Shown here in pieces: positions 1 to 12,266 of a DNA stretch of 64,000 nt (its first letter is position 1; each line of letters opens with the position of its first letter). The position numbers were made by a program, and so were the translations under genes. The DNA lies in assembly GCA_002269645.1 (NCBI GenBank), contig NIVC01000301.1:480460-544459 (forward strand). The letters are read 5' to 3'. This DNA comes from Macrostomum lignano. Lineage: Eukaryota. The notes under the pieces were generated by a model. It was not told the origin of the DNA and searched no databases. It saw nothing but the letters and a program-made list of their open reading frames with translations.

Positions 1-467
1 TTTGCGGGGATTTCAGAATTCGATGTACGTTCATGCGTACTCACAGTAACAATAAGAGTATAGTATGAAAAGGCAGTCAGTTTCTGGTCTAGTAGTACTT
101 TTCCACTCACTAGCGACCGAAACTGCTGCTTTGACCGCGCTTCAATACGATGCGAAACCAATATTCCCGTGTAGAAAACAAAAATTTGAGTATGTTGAGA
201 CTTTGTAGAGTCATTAAAAGTCCCACGCATCTTGTCCGTGAGAATAGAGAAAAAGGAATTTGTCAACTTAAACCTCTAGTTCGGATGCCTCCGCTATGGC
301 TGCGCTAAACTAAAGAGACTAAAGAAAGAGATGGGAATATCAACTGTCATCACCCTCCGCCGTTGATACACACAACAGATGTACGAGTAAAAAGCGACTG
401 AAAACTATGCAACAGTCATGCGATTGCTCAATTTTGCCTTTCGTTTGATGACGCTGTGAACGAGCCT

Positions 468-3041
468 TTAGTACTCTCCTAGGCATTGCGTGTTCAGGTT
501 TGCAAATAAAAAAGAAAATGGCACCGCCATCATTGCGACTCCGAAGATGACGAACGCTTTAAAGAACACCCGATCAGCGGAAGATCCGACAGTCTTCCAT
601 TCGTTTTCGACAAAACTGGCGTTGGAAGTCTGTGATGCCGATACGTCGCCATCCGCATCGGCTGTGGTGCGTGTGACTGTCCGCTTAGAACTTTCTCCGA
701 CAACGAATCTGTTGAGGAAGAGTGCACGGACGACCCGGCTGCTGACGCTGCTCTCCTGTCTGAAGTGACAGCTGAGAACGAATGCGTTGCAGAGCACATT
801 CAGGATTGTCATGACCACGGCCAAGCTGAAGTACCAGGCTGGAATGTGAGGCAAGTGTCAAATTCAGATAGACTGCTCACGCAATGGAAGCAATCGAGAG
901 ACTCACTGATGAACGGCACGGACTCGCTCTGCGTAGGCGTGTAGTTGCCAACCAGCTGCAGGAACACGCACATGGACAGCACGATGGTGATGCTGAAGGA
1001 GACTCGCTCGCCACACTCTGGAGGCAGGCAAAAGGCGAGCGCGGAGACTCCAAGGAGAAGAATGCAGGGCAGCATCAGGTTTATCATGTAGAAAATCGGA
1101 AGTCGCTGCAATTACGAGCGTAGAATTCCTAATCTAGTATTTCATGTTTCTACGAGTAAAGCATGATTTCAAGAAATTGTACCAAGATCTGGACAACAAC
1201 TCACTTGAAATCCGACCCGGAGCTCGGCTGTGTCGTACAGGCCAAACGATCCGTTTTCTAGCCGGGCCCACAGAATGCAGAACTCGCTGCTCTTGATGAC
1301 GAGCACATCAGGCGCATCATTCTGGTACAGGGACTTGATGCGGACTCGAGTCGATCCCGTGACTTGCTGCAGACTCGAGAGCCTGACGAGACAGTTTTGC
1401 TCATCGAACGGAAACAGCTGCATTTGCATGCTGCACTTGGTGGACAGAATCATTCCTGTGCTCCACAGCACAATGCCTGAGGACATCACCGAAAGAATCG
1501 CGCGGCCCTCTGTAGCGTCCGAGATTTCCACCCTAGAGTGAATTGTTTAAATGAAGGCACTCATTGAGAGCAGTTTCAATTCGTCAGTCGTCAGAACGTC
1601 AGAACTTAATTTCTTCAGTAGTCTCTGCAGTGCATGCATCAAGCAGGATATCTTTTTTAGTTTGATTGAGTAGCTTTTTATTTAATCCATTTGCTTGTAG
1701 AGCGTATGTCCGAGACACAAAAATTTTGTTGCACTGGGATACCTGCAAAGGTTTTCCTAATTGGGTTATTTTATACCTAAGTTCGAAATTTTCCCTTTAT
1801 CAGTTTGCGTTGCCTTAAGAAGTCCAAGGTTATGGCCTCTTCTTTCAATGCGTCGATCCAACGCTGAGCGGAAGAATTAAAATTAAACAGAATTAAATGG
1901 CGCTGAATGGAGTTGCAACCGCGAGCACGACAACAGCTCGAGTTTAACATTGAGCTGCTCCTTTTTCAGTATTAGTATTAATCAGTATAATAATAATAAT
2001 AATGAATAAATTATTATACAGTATTAATATTGCTAATGCACTATGTTCGAACATATCGACTCCTATTTAATGAGAAGTTCTATTAAACTCTCAAAAAATA
2101 ACGTCGATGTCCCTAAGCTACTGAACTAAAAAGCTAAGCAACCCACGTCGGGTTTTTTCGCACAAGTGACGAAAAACAGCGGTCGCACTTCCGCAATCTA
2201 AAGTGGCCTATCTAGCGAATGTATCATCTATTGTGGTCTGTAGTGTTGAAAGCAACCGGCATGTTCTCGATATCTTTTTTAGGTCCAAGCACTGAACCAT
2301 ATTCACTAATTCTCTTTTGTTAAATTTCAAGTTCGAGCACGCGTAAAACAACTCACGCATCGTAAAAGGATGCGTCAGGTTGCCACAGGTACGAAGCCGG
2401 AAGGCTGATTGCGCTGATATTGTCCAGACTGGAGTTGAACTTTCCTTTCCAGGCCAGGCGACTGTCGGTCCAGTGCTGCAATTACAGCTCATTAAAAATT
2501 ATCTCTGCAAGGATTGAAAGGAATCTTTCTTGTATCAAAGGTATCTAAGACTTAAAGCTTACCACGTTAAGCCACACCATGAGCTTTATTTCCTGTTTTG
2601 TGGAGTCCTGAAAGAAGTGTCAGAAAGTGGGTCATCCATTTACGAAAAAAAAATCTGCGTATCAGAATTAATGAGTGATTCGAGTTCATTGAGCATCGAA
2701 ATACGATTAGTAAACCTACAAGCAAGCATACAAACCTTAGAGATTTAGTGTATTAGATTATGCTGAAGCAGGAAACGGAAGAAACTCGAAAAGGGATGCA
2801 CTAAAAAGCTTAGCATGACTCGTTTAACACAACTGCTCACCACTTTAACGATGGAGTTCAGGTAGATGAAGACGTTGAGGGTGTTGGCGAATCCGCTGTC
2901 AGGTGGCGGTCGGATTGCTTTGTTATACTCGGTGAAGAGCTTCAGCGCTGCCGCGACGGCATCGTCAGGTGAGGCGGGCGATGCGGCCGCTGACACAGCA
3001 GCACCGAGCAAGGCCAGGCAGATGAGGAGTCGCGCCGACAT
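468..3041 (-). CDS. Divergent Cys-loop ligand-gated ion channel subunit A (nAChR-like, cation-type), ~420 aa, 6 exons
   Basis: Exons 3041-2841, 2607-2563, 2475-2357, 1532-1205, 1105-907, 838-468; all GT-AG and in frame (1263 nt). Signal peptide MSARLLICLALLGAAVSA, WQPD loop A, Cys loop CSMQMQLFPFDEQNC, M2 GERVSFSITIVLSMCVFLQL, M4 preceded by EWKTVGSSADRVF. The 45-nt second exon is typical of nAChR genes. Confidence 0.93.
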
Positions 3042-5512
3042 ACCGGATGCTGCAAGAGTCTGTCAGTCACAGAACGCAAAATTTAGTTGCGAATCTGGCA
3101 AAATAGTCAAATCACGAATAAATTTGAGTCAAGACGGCTGGGCTTGTTCCGCTCTGATTTTTATTGGCAAAAATGTAAATCCTGCTTGAATATTCAAGTA
3201 CCGTCTGTTTGCTGAAGCTGATTGCGCATATAAAATCTTTGTTTAACACACTGCTCAGCTGAGTGTTATACACCGAGAATACTCAAATTATTTCTTGTAT
3301 CCTGGAGGAAACGCAAACAATTTCAGGCAGATAAATTTCTTTGAGTCTTTCTCTGAGACAAAAAATCAAGTTGCAAAGCTGACTAAATTTCTAGTTCATG
3401 AAAAAGCGAATTGTCATTGTCAGAAAACTTTTATCCCTTCGGTCAATTACTTATAGTCCCCTCTATCAGTTCCCTCGGACTATCAGGGTAGCATTTTATA
3501 TGTGCTTTGCATTAGAGGGGTTCGCTATGCAGTCATTCGTCCCGAGTTTGCTCTCCGTGTGGCATGGAAATTTCGGGAGAAATCCAATTCATTAGCGCCG
3601 CAGAAGTCAATTTAATCAGCAATTTTCGGCGTTGCAGAATCAGCCCACTTCTCCGTGCTGTCACGGCAAACTTTTCTGTGAATTTTTTACATTATCCAGC
3701 TATCCATCCAGCAATTTTCCAGCACTTGGATGTTGGAAATAATTAGAGGAAATGTAGTCTCATTTACAGCAAGATACATCAGTACTCAAAATTTTTGTCA
3801 GTGTTTTATTTTTTATACGAGGCGATCCTGTAGCAAGTTAATATGCTCTAGCATATTATCTTATAGGATCCTATAGGATTTGCATGTTCAGGTTCTAAGA
3901 ATCAGATTCTTAGAAAATGTCTCGCACAGGAATACGGCGTAGCTGGCCAGCCACCAACCACCCAACTTGAGGTAGGTTTGGATTGACTATATATGAAACT
4001 GTATTTTGGCAGTCAGATCTCTGCCTTCTTCTGGTCCACGCGCCGCATCTGTTTCTCCATCTGCCGCGCTTTGAGGCGCTTTGATTCTGCCTCGGTCCAT
4101 TCGTTGTTACCTTGCCCGACTGCAGTAGTCTTGCCGGCGTAACGTTCGCGGTGACCTCATCTGAGCATCGTTGCAGGTAAGCGCGTTCTAGATAGAAGCC
4201 CTCAGCTTTGACTTAGTACGCGATGCCGACCCTGAGGATCTCAGTTTTACACCGGAGGATCTGGTAGGTTTTGGCCAGAGCGTCGCTGAACTGCCAGACC
4301 GCGAGCGTCCTCTGTTGAGAGTAGGACCCCGAGATTAGGCCAGTATTGGGGAAACTTCTCCGTTAGTCGATCTGTTCATCCAATCTTTTAGCTCGTATCA
4401 CCTGCCGTGTCCGTCTCATTCACTGCTGAGATCTAATTGCCAAGTTCGCATTAAACTACCAAGCGTTAATTACAAAAGTTACGAGGAATGTCCCAAAAGT
4501 TCCCGGAATGTTTGCTCCAGCTCCTCAGCACCTTAACCAATTTTTATGCGTTACGTGTCAAACTAAAGACTATTTTTTAACAAAACATCTTTTCATTTGA
4601 ATTTCCTTTTTATCTGGTTTTAGTTAAGAGTTACACCAGTAAATGTGAAGCAAGTTCAGTACTAGTGTTACGCAACCTCAAATGTCTGTGGTGTCCTTGT
4701 TCCATCATCAATATTTTGCAAAAATTAACTTTGAATTTGTCAGAAAGATGTGGAAACATCTGTGGATGAAACTAGTAAAATTGCTGATCAGATCTAGTGG
4801 TGTCAGCGCTAGCTTACATGTATGTCATACTAAATGCTTGCCTTTGGCTAAAGATTTAAAGATGAGTTCCCTCCATAGCCTTGAGAGTCAGTGGGAGTCA
4901 ACTTTTCGCCCTGCGGGGGTGGCGAGAGCGTGACTGATGGTCATTCAAAGTGGATTAGCCATCCTTGAACCGTTGGTTGAGAAAAGATGATTAGCAATTT
5001 TGGCTCCACTCCATCCTGCAGACCACAGGGCGTAATTTATCTGAATCGTTGTGTAATTTATTGGATCAAGGTACACGAGTTAAAAATCGTTATCTGTGAG
5101 CAGTTATTATCAGGATCGAATCACAACTCGATCAAATTTTATCCGGAATTGTGTTATTCATTTTTTGGTACCGTACCACCTGCGGCTATTGGAAACATTT
5201 TCGTAGGACTCGCCGACCGGCGATGGGCAAATGGGAATTAATAGTTTTAACACCTCTAGTAGGTTGTATCTTTTATTGCTACGAGTATAAGCTAAATCCG
5301 CCTGCTATCGCAGGCTACGGCTGTGTCAAAAATATGCTGAAATAGTCTATGGCCTGCTCTGCAGGCCATTCCGCAAGCTACGCTGGTGAATAGAATCCCA
5401 ACCAGCAGTGTAGGGGTTAAGCAATGCAGTCCTCTCGGGAAAAAGTGGTTACAAAAATTGCGGTAACTGCCACAGCTAAAGCCGAAACTGTCATAAAGAA
5501 GGCAAAAAATAG

Positions 5513-7297
5513 TCAGTCAGCTGAGTCCACAACTTCAATCAAATCCTGACTACGCGAGCTGCTCGCACTACTGGCATCGGGAAGCTGCGACGAGTTCTCT
5601 GCAACTGTTGTTTCCGCCAAAGAATGCTTCGGCATCTTTCTGATGACTCGGTTGAGGAACAGCGTACGGATGAGCCGGCTGCTCACCGGAGCGCCGCTTT
5701 GCTGCTCGAAGTTGTTGTGTCGTGGCAAGGAGCCCTTAAAAGGGCCGTTTTACTAACTAATTAAAAGGGATATTTTTTCTAACTACTCTACTGTAAGTAG
5801 GCGTCACCGTAAATGTGATGCAAACAATTAATACCTTTTCTTGCTGCCAAATTTATCGATCGCCTATTAATTCATTATTGGATGTGAAATATTAGCGCGC
5901 GTTTAATAGTGTGTTGAAAACTAGCACAGAAAAGTACCAGGCTGCAAAGATAGGAAACTTGTAGAGTCGCGGTCGTTGCATTGAGACAGAATGCTAGCAG
6001 TTAATGGAAGCTTTGAATGACTCACTGATGAGCGGCACGGACTCGCTCTGCGTGGGCGTGTAGTTGCCGGCCAGCTGCAGGAACACGCACATGGACAGCA
6101 CGATGGTGATGCTGAAGGAGACTCGCTCACCGCACTCGGGCGGCAGGCGGAAGGCGATGGCGGAGATGGCGAGGAGGAGGACGCTGGGCAGCATCAGGTT
6201 CACAAGATAAGAAGGTTGGCCTTATCTGTTTTTTAAAACATCAAAATATCTCATGGATTTCTTTGATTGGTTGAAGTTTTACTCAAAACTTAATTCGAAT
6301 TATCATTTAATGCATTTTACCTGAAATTCTACTATAAGCGGCAGAATCGGATGCCCCGAGTCCTCATATTCAATGAGATGAACTTGCAAAAGGCTGAACT
6401 CGTTCGATCTGGCTAAAAATCGAGTAACGGAATCATTGGGTTCGATTGATGATTTTACAATATCAGCTCGTTCCTTCATCGAAGTGCGCGAGATGATCTT
6501 CAGGCTGCACCGTTGCACATCGACAGGAAAGCTGGCAAGATTCATTTCGCACTTGAATGTCGTGACCAGCTCGACGTTGGTCGCAGCGGTGCCGTCCATC
6601 ATCACCGCTATCGGTGCAGGTTCGAGGCTTGTAGACTTTTGATCCAGCCTGCGTGCAACGGGAACAGGCAATGATCACGGGTACTTGTGAAACAAAGCAA
6701 TGCACTCTGCTTTGCATTTACACTCCGTAGAGAGTTCGCTCCGGCTCCCAGACTTTGCCAGTTGGAACTGTTATTTCGGTAATGCTGTCGCGTGACTGCC
6801 ATTGAATTTGCCCTTTCACGAGAGTCGACTGTCTTTCCAGTACTGAAAAGCAAAGAAAAGAAACGGAGGGGACTCAACTCACTCTGTTAAGCCTTTTGCA
6901 ACCTCGAAGAAGCCAACAAATTTGCTGCCTCGTATTCAATAATTTTCGAAAAGATACGAAACGTCACCGAACGGCGCCTGTCAAACCTTTGTTAACCACA
7001 GTTGAAGTGTAACCTCTTGGGACGTTGAGTCCTGAAATTTCCAACATCCGCCATGTTAGCTTTTGTGCTCAATAAGCTGAGTAAAACAAAGAGAGCATGA
7101 AAACTGACGCACAACTTTTGCCAGGCTGCTCAAGTAGACGAAAGCGTAGAAGGCTCGGTCCGTCCAGTTGGCTGCCGGCGCTCAGAACGCGCTGTTGTAG
7201 GTGGATCGAACCGCAGGGCTGTCAGCACCGCCTCCTCCGGTGAAACCAGCTCTGCATCCGAAGCAGCCTCGATCATGACAGCATTGTACAGTGCCAT
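5513..7297 (-). pseudogene. Cys-loop channel subunit B pseudogene
   Basis: Same exon layout: 7297-7113, 7031-6987, 6842-6722, 6648-6321, 6225-6026, and a broken exon 6 from 5941 to ~5513. Nonsense TGA at 7182-7184 (conserved Arg of RPP) and at 6816-6818 (conserved Trp). Frameshifts in exon 1 (-1), exon 3 (121 vs 119 nt) and exon 5 (200 vs 199 nt). Exon 6 is interrupted by ~200 bp of AT-rich sequence. Confidence 0.9.
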
Positions 7298-7647
7298 GTT
7301 CAGTGCTGTTAAGAGAATAGCATTTTTATGGGAGCTGAGGAAGCCATGAGGTTCTGCAATATGCTCATTCCAGAAGGAGTCAGTGATGATGCACTGTCTT
7401 CAGTTTCTTGATCCGAAAAAATCCTATAGCAATAAAGCTACTGAGTACGAAGCGGATAGGCAGATGCTGTCAAATGGGTCGGCAATGGAGCCGTAACCGC
7501 TAAATAGTTTTTGAGGTGTTTGCCTTAGGTAGGCTAAACTAAATACAATAAAAGCCCCTATGTTGGCGTAGCGCGCGAATTTGTTTGATTAAGTCAGAAA
7601 AATCAGCACGGTTTAGAATAGTGATAGGCTAGATCATATCTGACATG

Positions 7648-7855
7648 CAGCAATCAATACTCAGTGCTAGATCATGTCTGCAATCAATACTCAGTGCTAG
7701 ATCATGTCTGCAATCAATACTCAGTGCTAGATCATGTCTGCAATCAATACTCAGTGCTAGATCATGTCTGCAATCAATACTCAGTGCTAGATCATGTCTG
7801 CAATCAATACTCAGTGCTAGATCATGTCTGCAATCAATACTCAGTGCTAGATCAT
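7648..7855. repeat. 30-bp minisatellite, ~7 near-perfect copies
   Basis: Unit CAATCAATACTCAGTGCTAGATCATGTCTG, head to tail, no spacers. Confidence 0.97.
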
Positions 7856-8509
7856 CACGCGGCCTGTAGCCGCCCACAAAGCACGCTTACCTTGAATTCC
7901 ATAGTGGGTAATGCCAATTTGAAGACTAAAGAATTTTCTAAGAGCGAAACTATGCTACCCTGGGAGCCCAACTGCTTTTTACTTATAAAGAATCCCGCAA
8001 ATCCCTCACTAACTTATTTCCAGACATTCCGCAATTTGAAACTACCGTCAGTAGTGTAAAAGCAAATTGTAAGTCTAAGAGCAGCTTCTTTATTGCTTGT
8101 ATCGCTGCTATGCGGGATTTTAGCTGTTTTAATCGATGATTCTCGTTTGACTTCATAGAAAATCTCAACTCCAGCTATCATCTGTCACCAGCAGCAACAG
8201 CAGATGCTGTCTGGCCGCCAGAATTTTCATTCAATGACCTTACTGAGAACCTTACAAGAAAACCCGTGAGAACACTATGAAAATCTAGAATCCAAATTTA
8301 AGAATTTTCGTGAGTTACTCGTGAAGGTTCGTGAGTTAAGGAGGATTTAGGGAAGAAAAAAACTTTTGCGTCGCCCAGCAGAAGCATGAATACGGGGAAA
8401 GTGGCTCAATTTATCTACGGAAATTCTGAAAAGAAGATGGGTTAACATTATTAGCTTGCTAACAGTATAGACAAAACATAATACACTGCAAGCCCCTTGA
8501 ATAAACCAA

Positions 8510-9030
8510 AGCACAGAGACAGGTGGGCCAGCACCTCCCGACTGCCGGCAATCGAGCGCGGCTGTCCCCGGTCCTTCCGTCGCCCTCCGCAGGTCTTTGC
8601 TTCGATTCAATCGCAGGGACATCATGTCGGTAACCATGGCTCTCTCAGGTAAAGGGTGCGTCCAAGAGAAAAATCTATAGCGAGGAAAGCCCATTCTGAA
8701 GTGTTGAGAATGCGGAGTACTTTATCTGTGAATGCCCCGCCTTTACTCAGGACAGGCTCACCCACCTCGGCCCAAATTCGGACCTTTTCGACGCTTTCAG
8801 GCCCGAGGATTTCTGCCAGCTCGTCCGCTACCAAAAGGCTACCGGGCGAGAGACCATTTACCTCCTGGACTCTCTGGAGGGGAGCCGCAATACGGATACC
8901 AATACCGCCGGATCGACCCGCGTGACAACGCAACACCAGCTGCCCGTAGTTTCCAAAGGTCAGCGGAATGGGCGCCGACACCTCCCCGCTGCATCCGGAT
9001 GCTCAGAACCCCTGCAGTTAGGTCAAGTCA
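8510..9030 (+). mobile_element. Degraded 3' end of a non-LTR retrotransposon ORF2 (CCHC zinc-knuckle region)
   Basis: Translates with stops and shifts to [18 protein letters not shown]...ENAEYFICECPAFTQDRLTHLG, matching the LINE C-terminal GH...CxxC...EHxxCxCP...R...LG pattern. A second copy lies at ~29985-30380. Confidence 0.7.
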
Positions 9031-9604
9031 AGTAAGTAAATGATACACTGCAAGTTTACGGGAGACAGGGAGGCCGTACTCAACATCCCCGGCACTCAGA
9101 AACCCCAGTTTGAGTGTAGGGGAGCTACCCTTAGCCTGATTGAACCAGTCTCAAGTCCAGGCAGTGTTTGCATAAATGAGGAAGGCATTGAAAGAAGCTT
9201 TTGCTTGCATTTCGATTTTCAGAGACTGATTTTCTATACATTTCTAGTTGATTCTATGCTTATCAAGAATTTGTCTGTTTGTCTCGAATTGCTTGCGTTT
9301 CCTCTAGGATATATTGACTTACATTGAAGCCAAATTGTGTAAATTTGTACAAGAAATAATTTGAGTATTCTCAGTGTATAACAGGCAGCTGAGCAGTGTG
9401 TTGAACAAAGATTTTAAATGCGCAATCAGCTTCAGCAAACAGACGGTACTTGAATATTCAAGCAGGATTTACATTTTGCCAATAAAAATCAGAGCGGAAA
9501 AAGCCCAGCCTTCTTGACTCAAATTTGTTCGTGATTTAACTATTTTGCCAGATTTGCAACTAAATTTTGCGTTCTGTGACTGACAGACTCTTGCAGCATC
9601 CGGT

Positions 9605-11422
9605 ATGTCAGTGCGACTCCTCATCTGCCTGGCCTTGTTCGGCGCCGCCGTGTCAGCAGCCGCATCGTCCGCCTCACCTGACGATGCCGTCGCGGCAGCT
9701 CTGAAGCTCTTCACCGAGTATAACAAAGCGATCCGACCGCCACCTGACAGCGGATTCGCCAACACCCTCAATGTCTTCATCTACCTGAACTCCATCGTTA
9801 AAGTGGTGAGCAGTTGGGTTAAAGGAGTCATGCTAAGCTTCAATGTATTGCCCATGATTACTCATAAGAGCTTCAATTCAATCGTTGAGTTTCAATAACT
9901 ATCAGCCAGTGGTGTTGGTGACCATATAAACGTTCATGTCATGATTTAGCAGAAGAGAGGGTACTAATTTTGTAATAGATTCTGCCAATTCAGAATGTTT
10001 CCCACTATTCTTCAGGATTCCGCAAACCAGGAGATCAAGCTCAAGGTGTGGCTGCATGTGGTAAGCATATGATGGCTTGTTTTGAGTAATGTCCGAATAG
10101 TTCCTGTTGATTATACTAACGTAAACAATTAAATTTTAGCACTGGACCGATAGCCGCTTGGCCTGGAAAGGAAAGTTCAACTCCAGTCTGGACAACATCA
10201 GTGCAATCAGCCTTCCGGCTTCGTACCTGTGGCAACCGGACGCATCTTTTTACGATGTGTGAGCCGCATTCCGAAAAAGGATTTGGGGAAAATAAACAGT
10301 TATGAGGAATGAACTTAGGTAGCTATTGACAACATGACTGACAATTTAACAGCATTTAGTTTCATGCCTCACTCTAGGGTGGAGCTCTCGGACGCTACAG
10401 AAGGCCGCGCGATTCTTTCGGTGATGTCCTCAGGCATTGTGCTGCGGAGCACAGGAATGATTCTGTCCACCAAGTGCAGCATGCAAATGCAGCTGTTTCC
10501 GTTCGATGAGCAAAACTGTATCGTCAGGCTCTCGAGTCTGCAGCAAGTCACGGGATCGACTCGAGTCCGCATCAAGTCCCTGTTCCAGAATGATGCGCCT
10601 GATGTGTACGTCATCAAGAGCAGCGAGTTCTGCATTCTGTGGGTCCGGCTGGAAAACGGATCGTTTGGAATTTACGACACAGCTGTGCTGCGCGTCCAAT
10701 TCAAGGTGAAACTTATACAAATCAGTAAAATACATTTAAAGCCTCGTGTTTATCGCCGACAAGCTTCTAAATCAAGTATTGCCATTTTAGCGACTTCCGA
10801 CTTTCTACATTATCAACTTGATGCTTCCGAGCATACTGCTACTTGGCATTTCTACGCTCGCCTTTTGCCTGCCTCCCGAGTGTGGCGAGCGAGTCTCCTT
10901 CAGCATCACCATCGTGCTGTCCATGTGCGTGTTCCTGCAGCTGGTTGGCAACTACACGCCTACGCAGAGCGAGTCCGTGCCGCTCATCAGTGAGTCTCTC
11001 GATTGCTTCCATTGCGTGAGCAGTCAATCTGAATTTAACACTTGCCTCACATTCCAGCCTGGTACTTCAGCTTGGCCGTGGTCATGACAATTATGAATGT
11101 GCTCTGCAACGCGTTCGTTCTCAGCTGTCACTTCAGGCAGGAGAGCAGCGTCAGCAGCCGGGTCATCCGTGCACTCTTCCTCAACAGATTTGCTCTCAGA
11201 CGAAGCTGTCCGCGGAAGGTGGCAAGTGCTGCAACCGATGCAGACAGCACGCAATCGGATGTCCCTAGCGATGTCCCTAGCGAAAACGAATGGAAGACTG
11301 TCGGATCATCCGCTGATCGAGTTTTCTTCAAAGCGTTCGCCACTGTTGTAGCCGTAATACTTATTGTGCCGTTCGCTATTTCCTTTGCGTCCTGGAATAT
11401 GAGCTGCCTTGGAGTGTACTGA
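9605..11422 (+). CDS. Divergent Cys-loop channel subunit C (inverted close paralog of A), ~418 aa
   Basis: Exons 9605-9805, 10016-10060, 10140-10258, 10378-10705, 10791-10989, 11058-11422; in frame (1257 nt). Same motifs as A. Confidence 0.94.
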
Positions 11423-12266
11423 GGCTCAACGAAGAATTTAAAAAAATGTTTTGTATGAAATGCCCTACTGAGCCGAACTAAGGAAGGATCTTTGCAAAAG
11501 AACTATAATTCTGCCATCAATACTATGGATTTTAGGGTTTTTTGAACTCTTTAAAGAAGAAATTTAAATAAACAATGAAAATTTGACCGAAACAACGCAC
11601 TGAAAAGAAAGAGTGATTTTGTATTTGTGATTTGTGTTTTTAGCAACAGTTTTATGTAGGGCCTGTGTTAGCCAGTGACTGCAGGGGTCTGGCTGTGGCG
11701 GAGAAACAATACACTACTGAAATATGAGAAAATTGAGCTTGAAACATTTTTAGACAATCTTTCAAACACCTCGTAGGTACACGCCTTCTGCATTTTAATT
11801 AATTTTCTTAGCTGAAAGTTTAGGACAAAAGTGACTAAAGTTGATGGTTAAATGATCAATCCCTAGAAATCACCAGGCCCTTCCATATGGCGACTGGACA
11901 AACACGTTAATTACTATTTTTCATTTACCAATGAAAGTGTCTCTGTGACTTCTATGTTTTGCATTCTGCATTTTTTGAATTTTCGGTATTTACCGAGGTT
12001 CAGTGATGAGTAATCTTGCCAGAATGCATTACAGGAACATAAAAGTTGTGAGATATTTTATACTCAGCCTCATTTTCGCTCAGTCTACTTAACTCGTAGT
12101 TAAACAAAGGCTAATTTGCCTCTAATAGCAAGTGTAGATCAAATTTGCTGCTGGCTCCAGGCAAACAGCGGTCTCTTCTGTAAACACGGAACCATGATAT
12201 GTAAGCACTCTTCCATTGGCTACTAACCTAGCCAGCTGTCAGTCAGAACTCCAGCCAGATCCCAAG

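Noticed and set aside
907-1105. Anion-selective flatworm nAChR-like channels
   Set aside because: M2 is preceded by CGER (Glu at -1') with Val at 13', not the Pro-Ala motif of anion channels.
4479-4520. Mariner-type TIR TACGAGGAATGTCCCAAAAGT
   Set aside because: I found no matching opposite end or transposase; at most a solo end.
7648-7855. CRISPR-like array of 30-bp repeats
   Set aside because: The units are contiguous with no unique spacers, there are no cas genes, and the context is eukaryotic.
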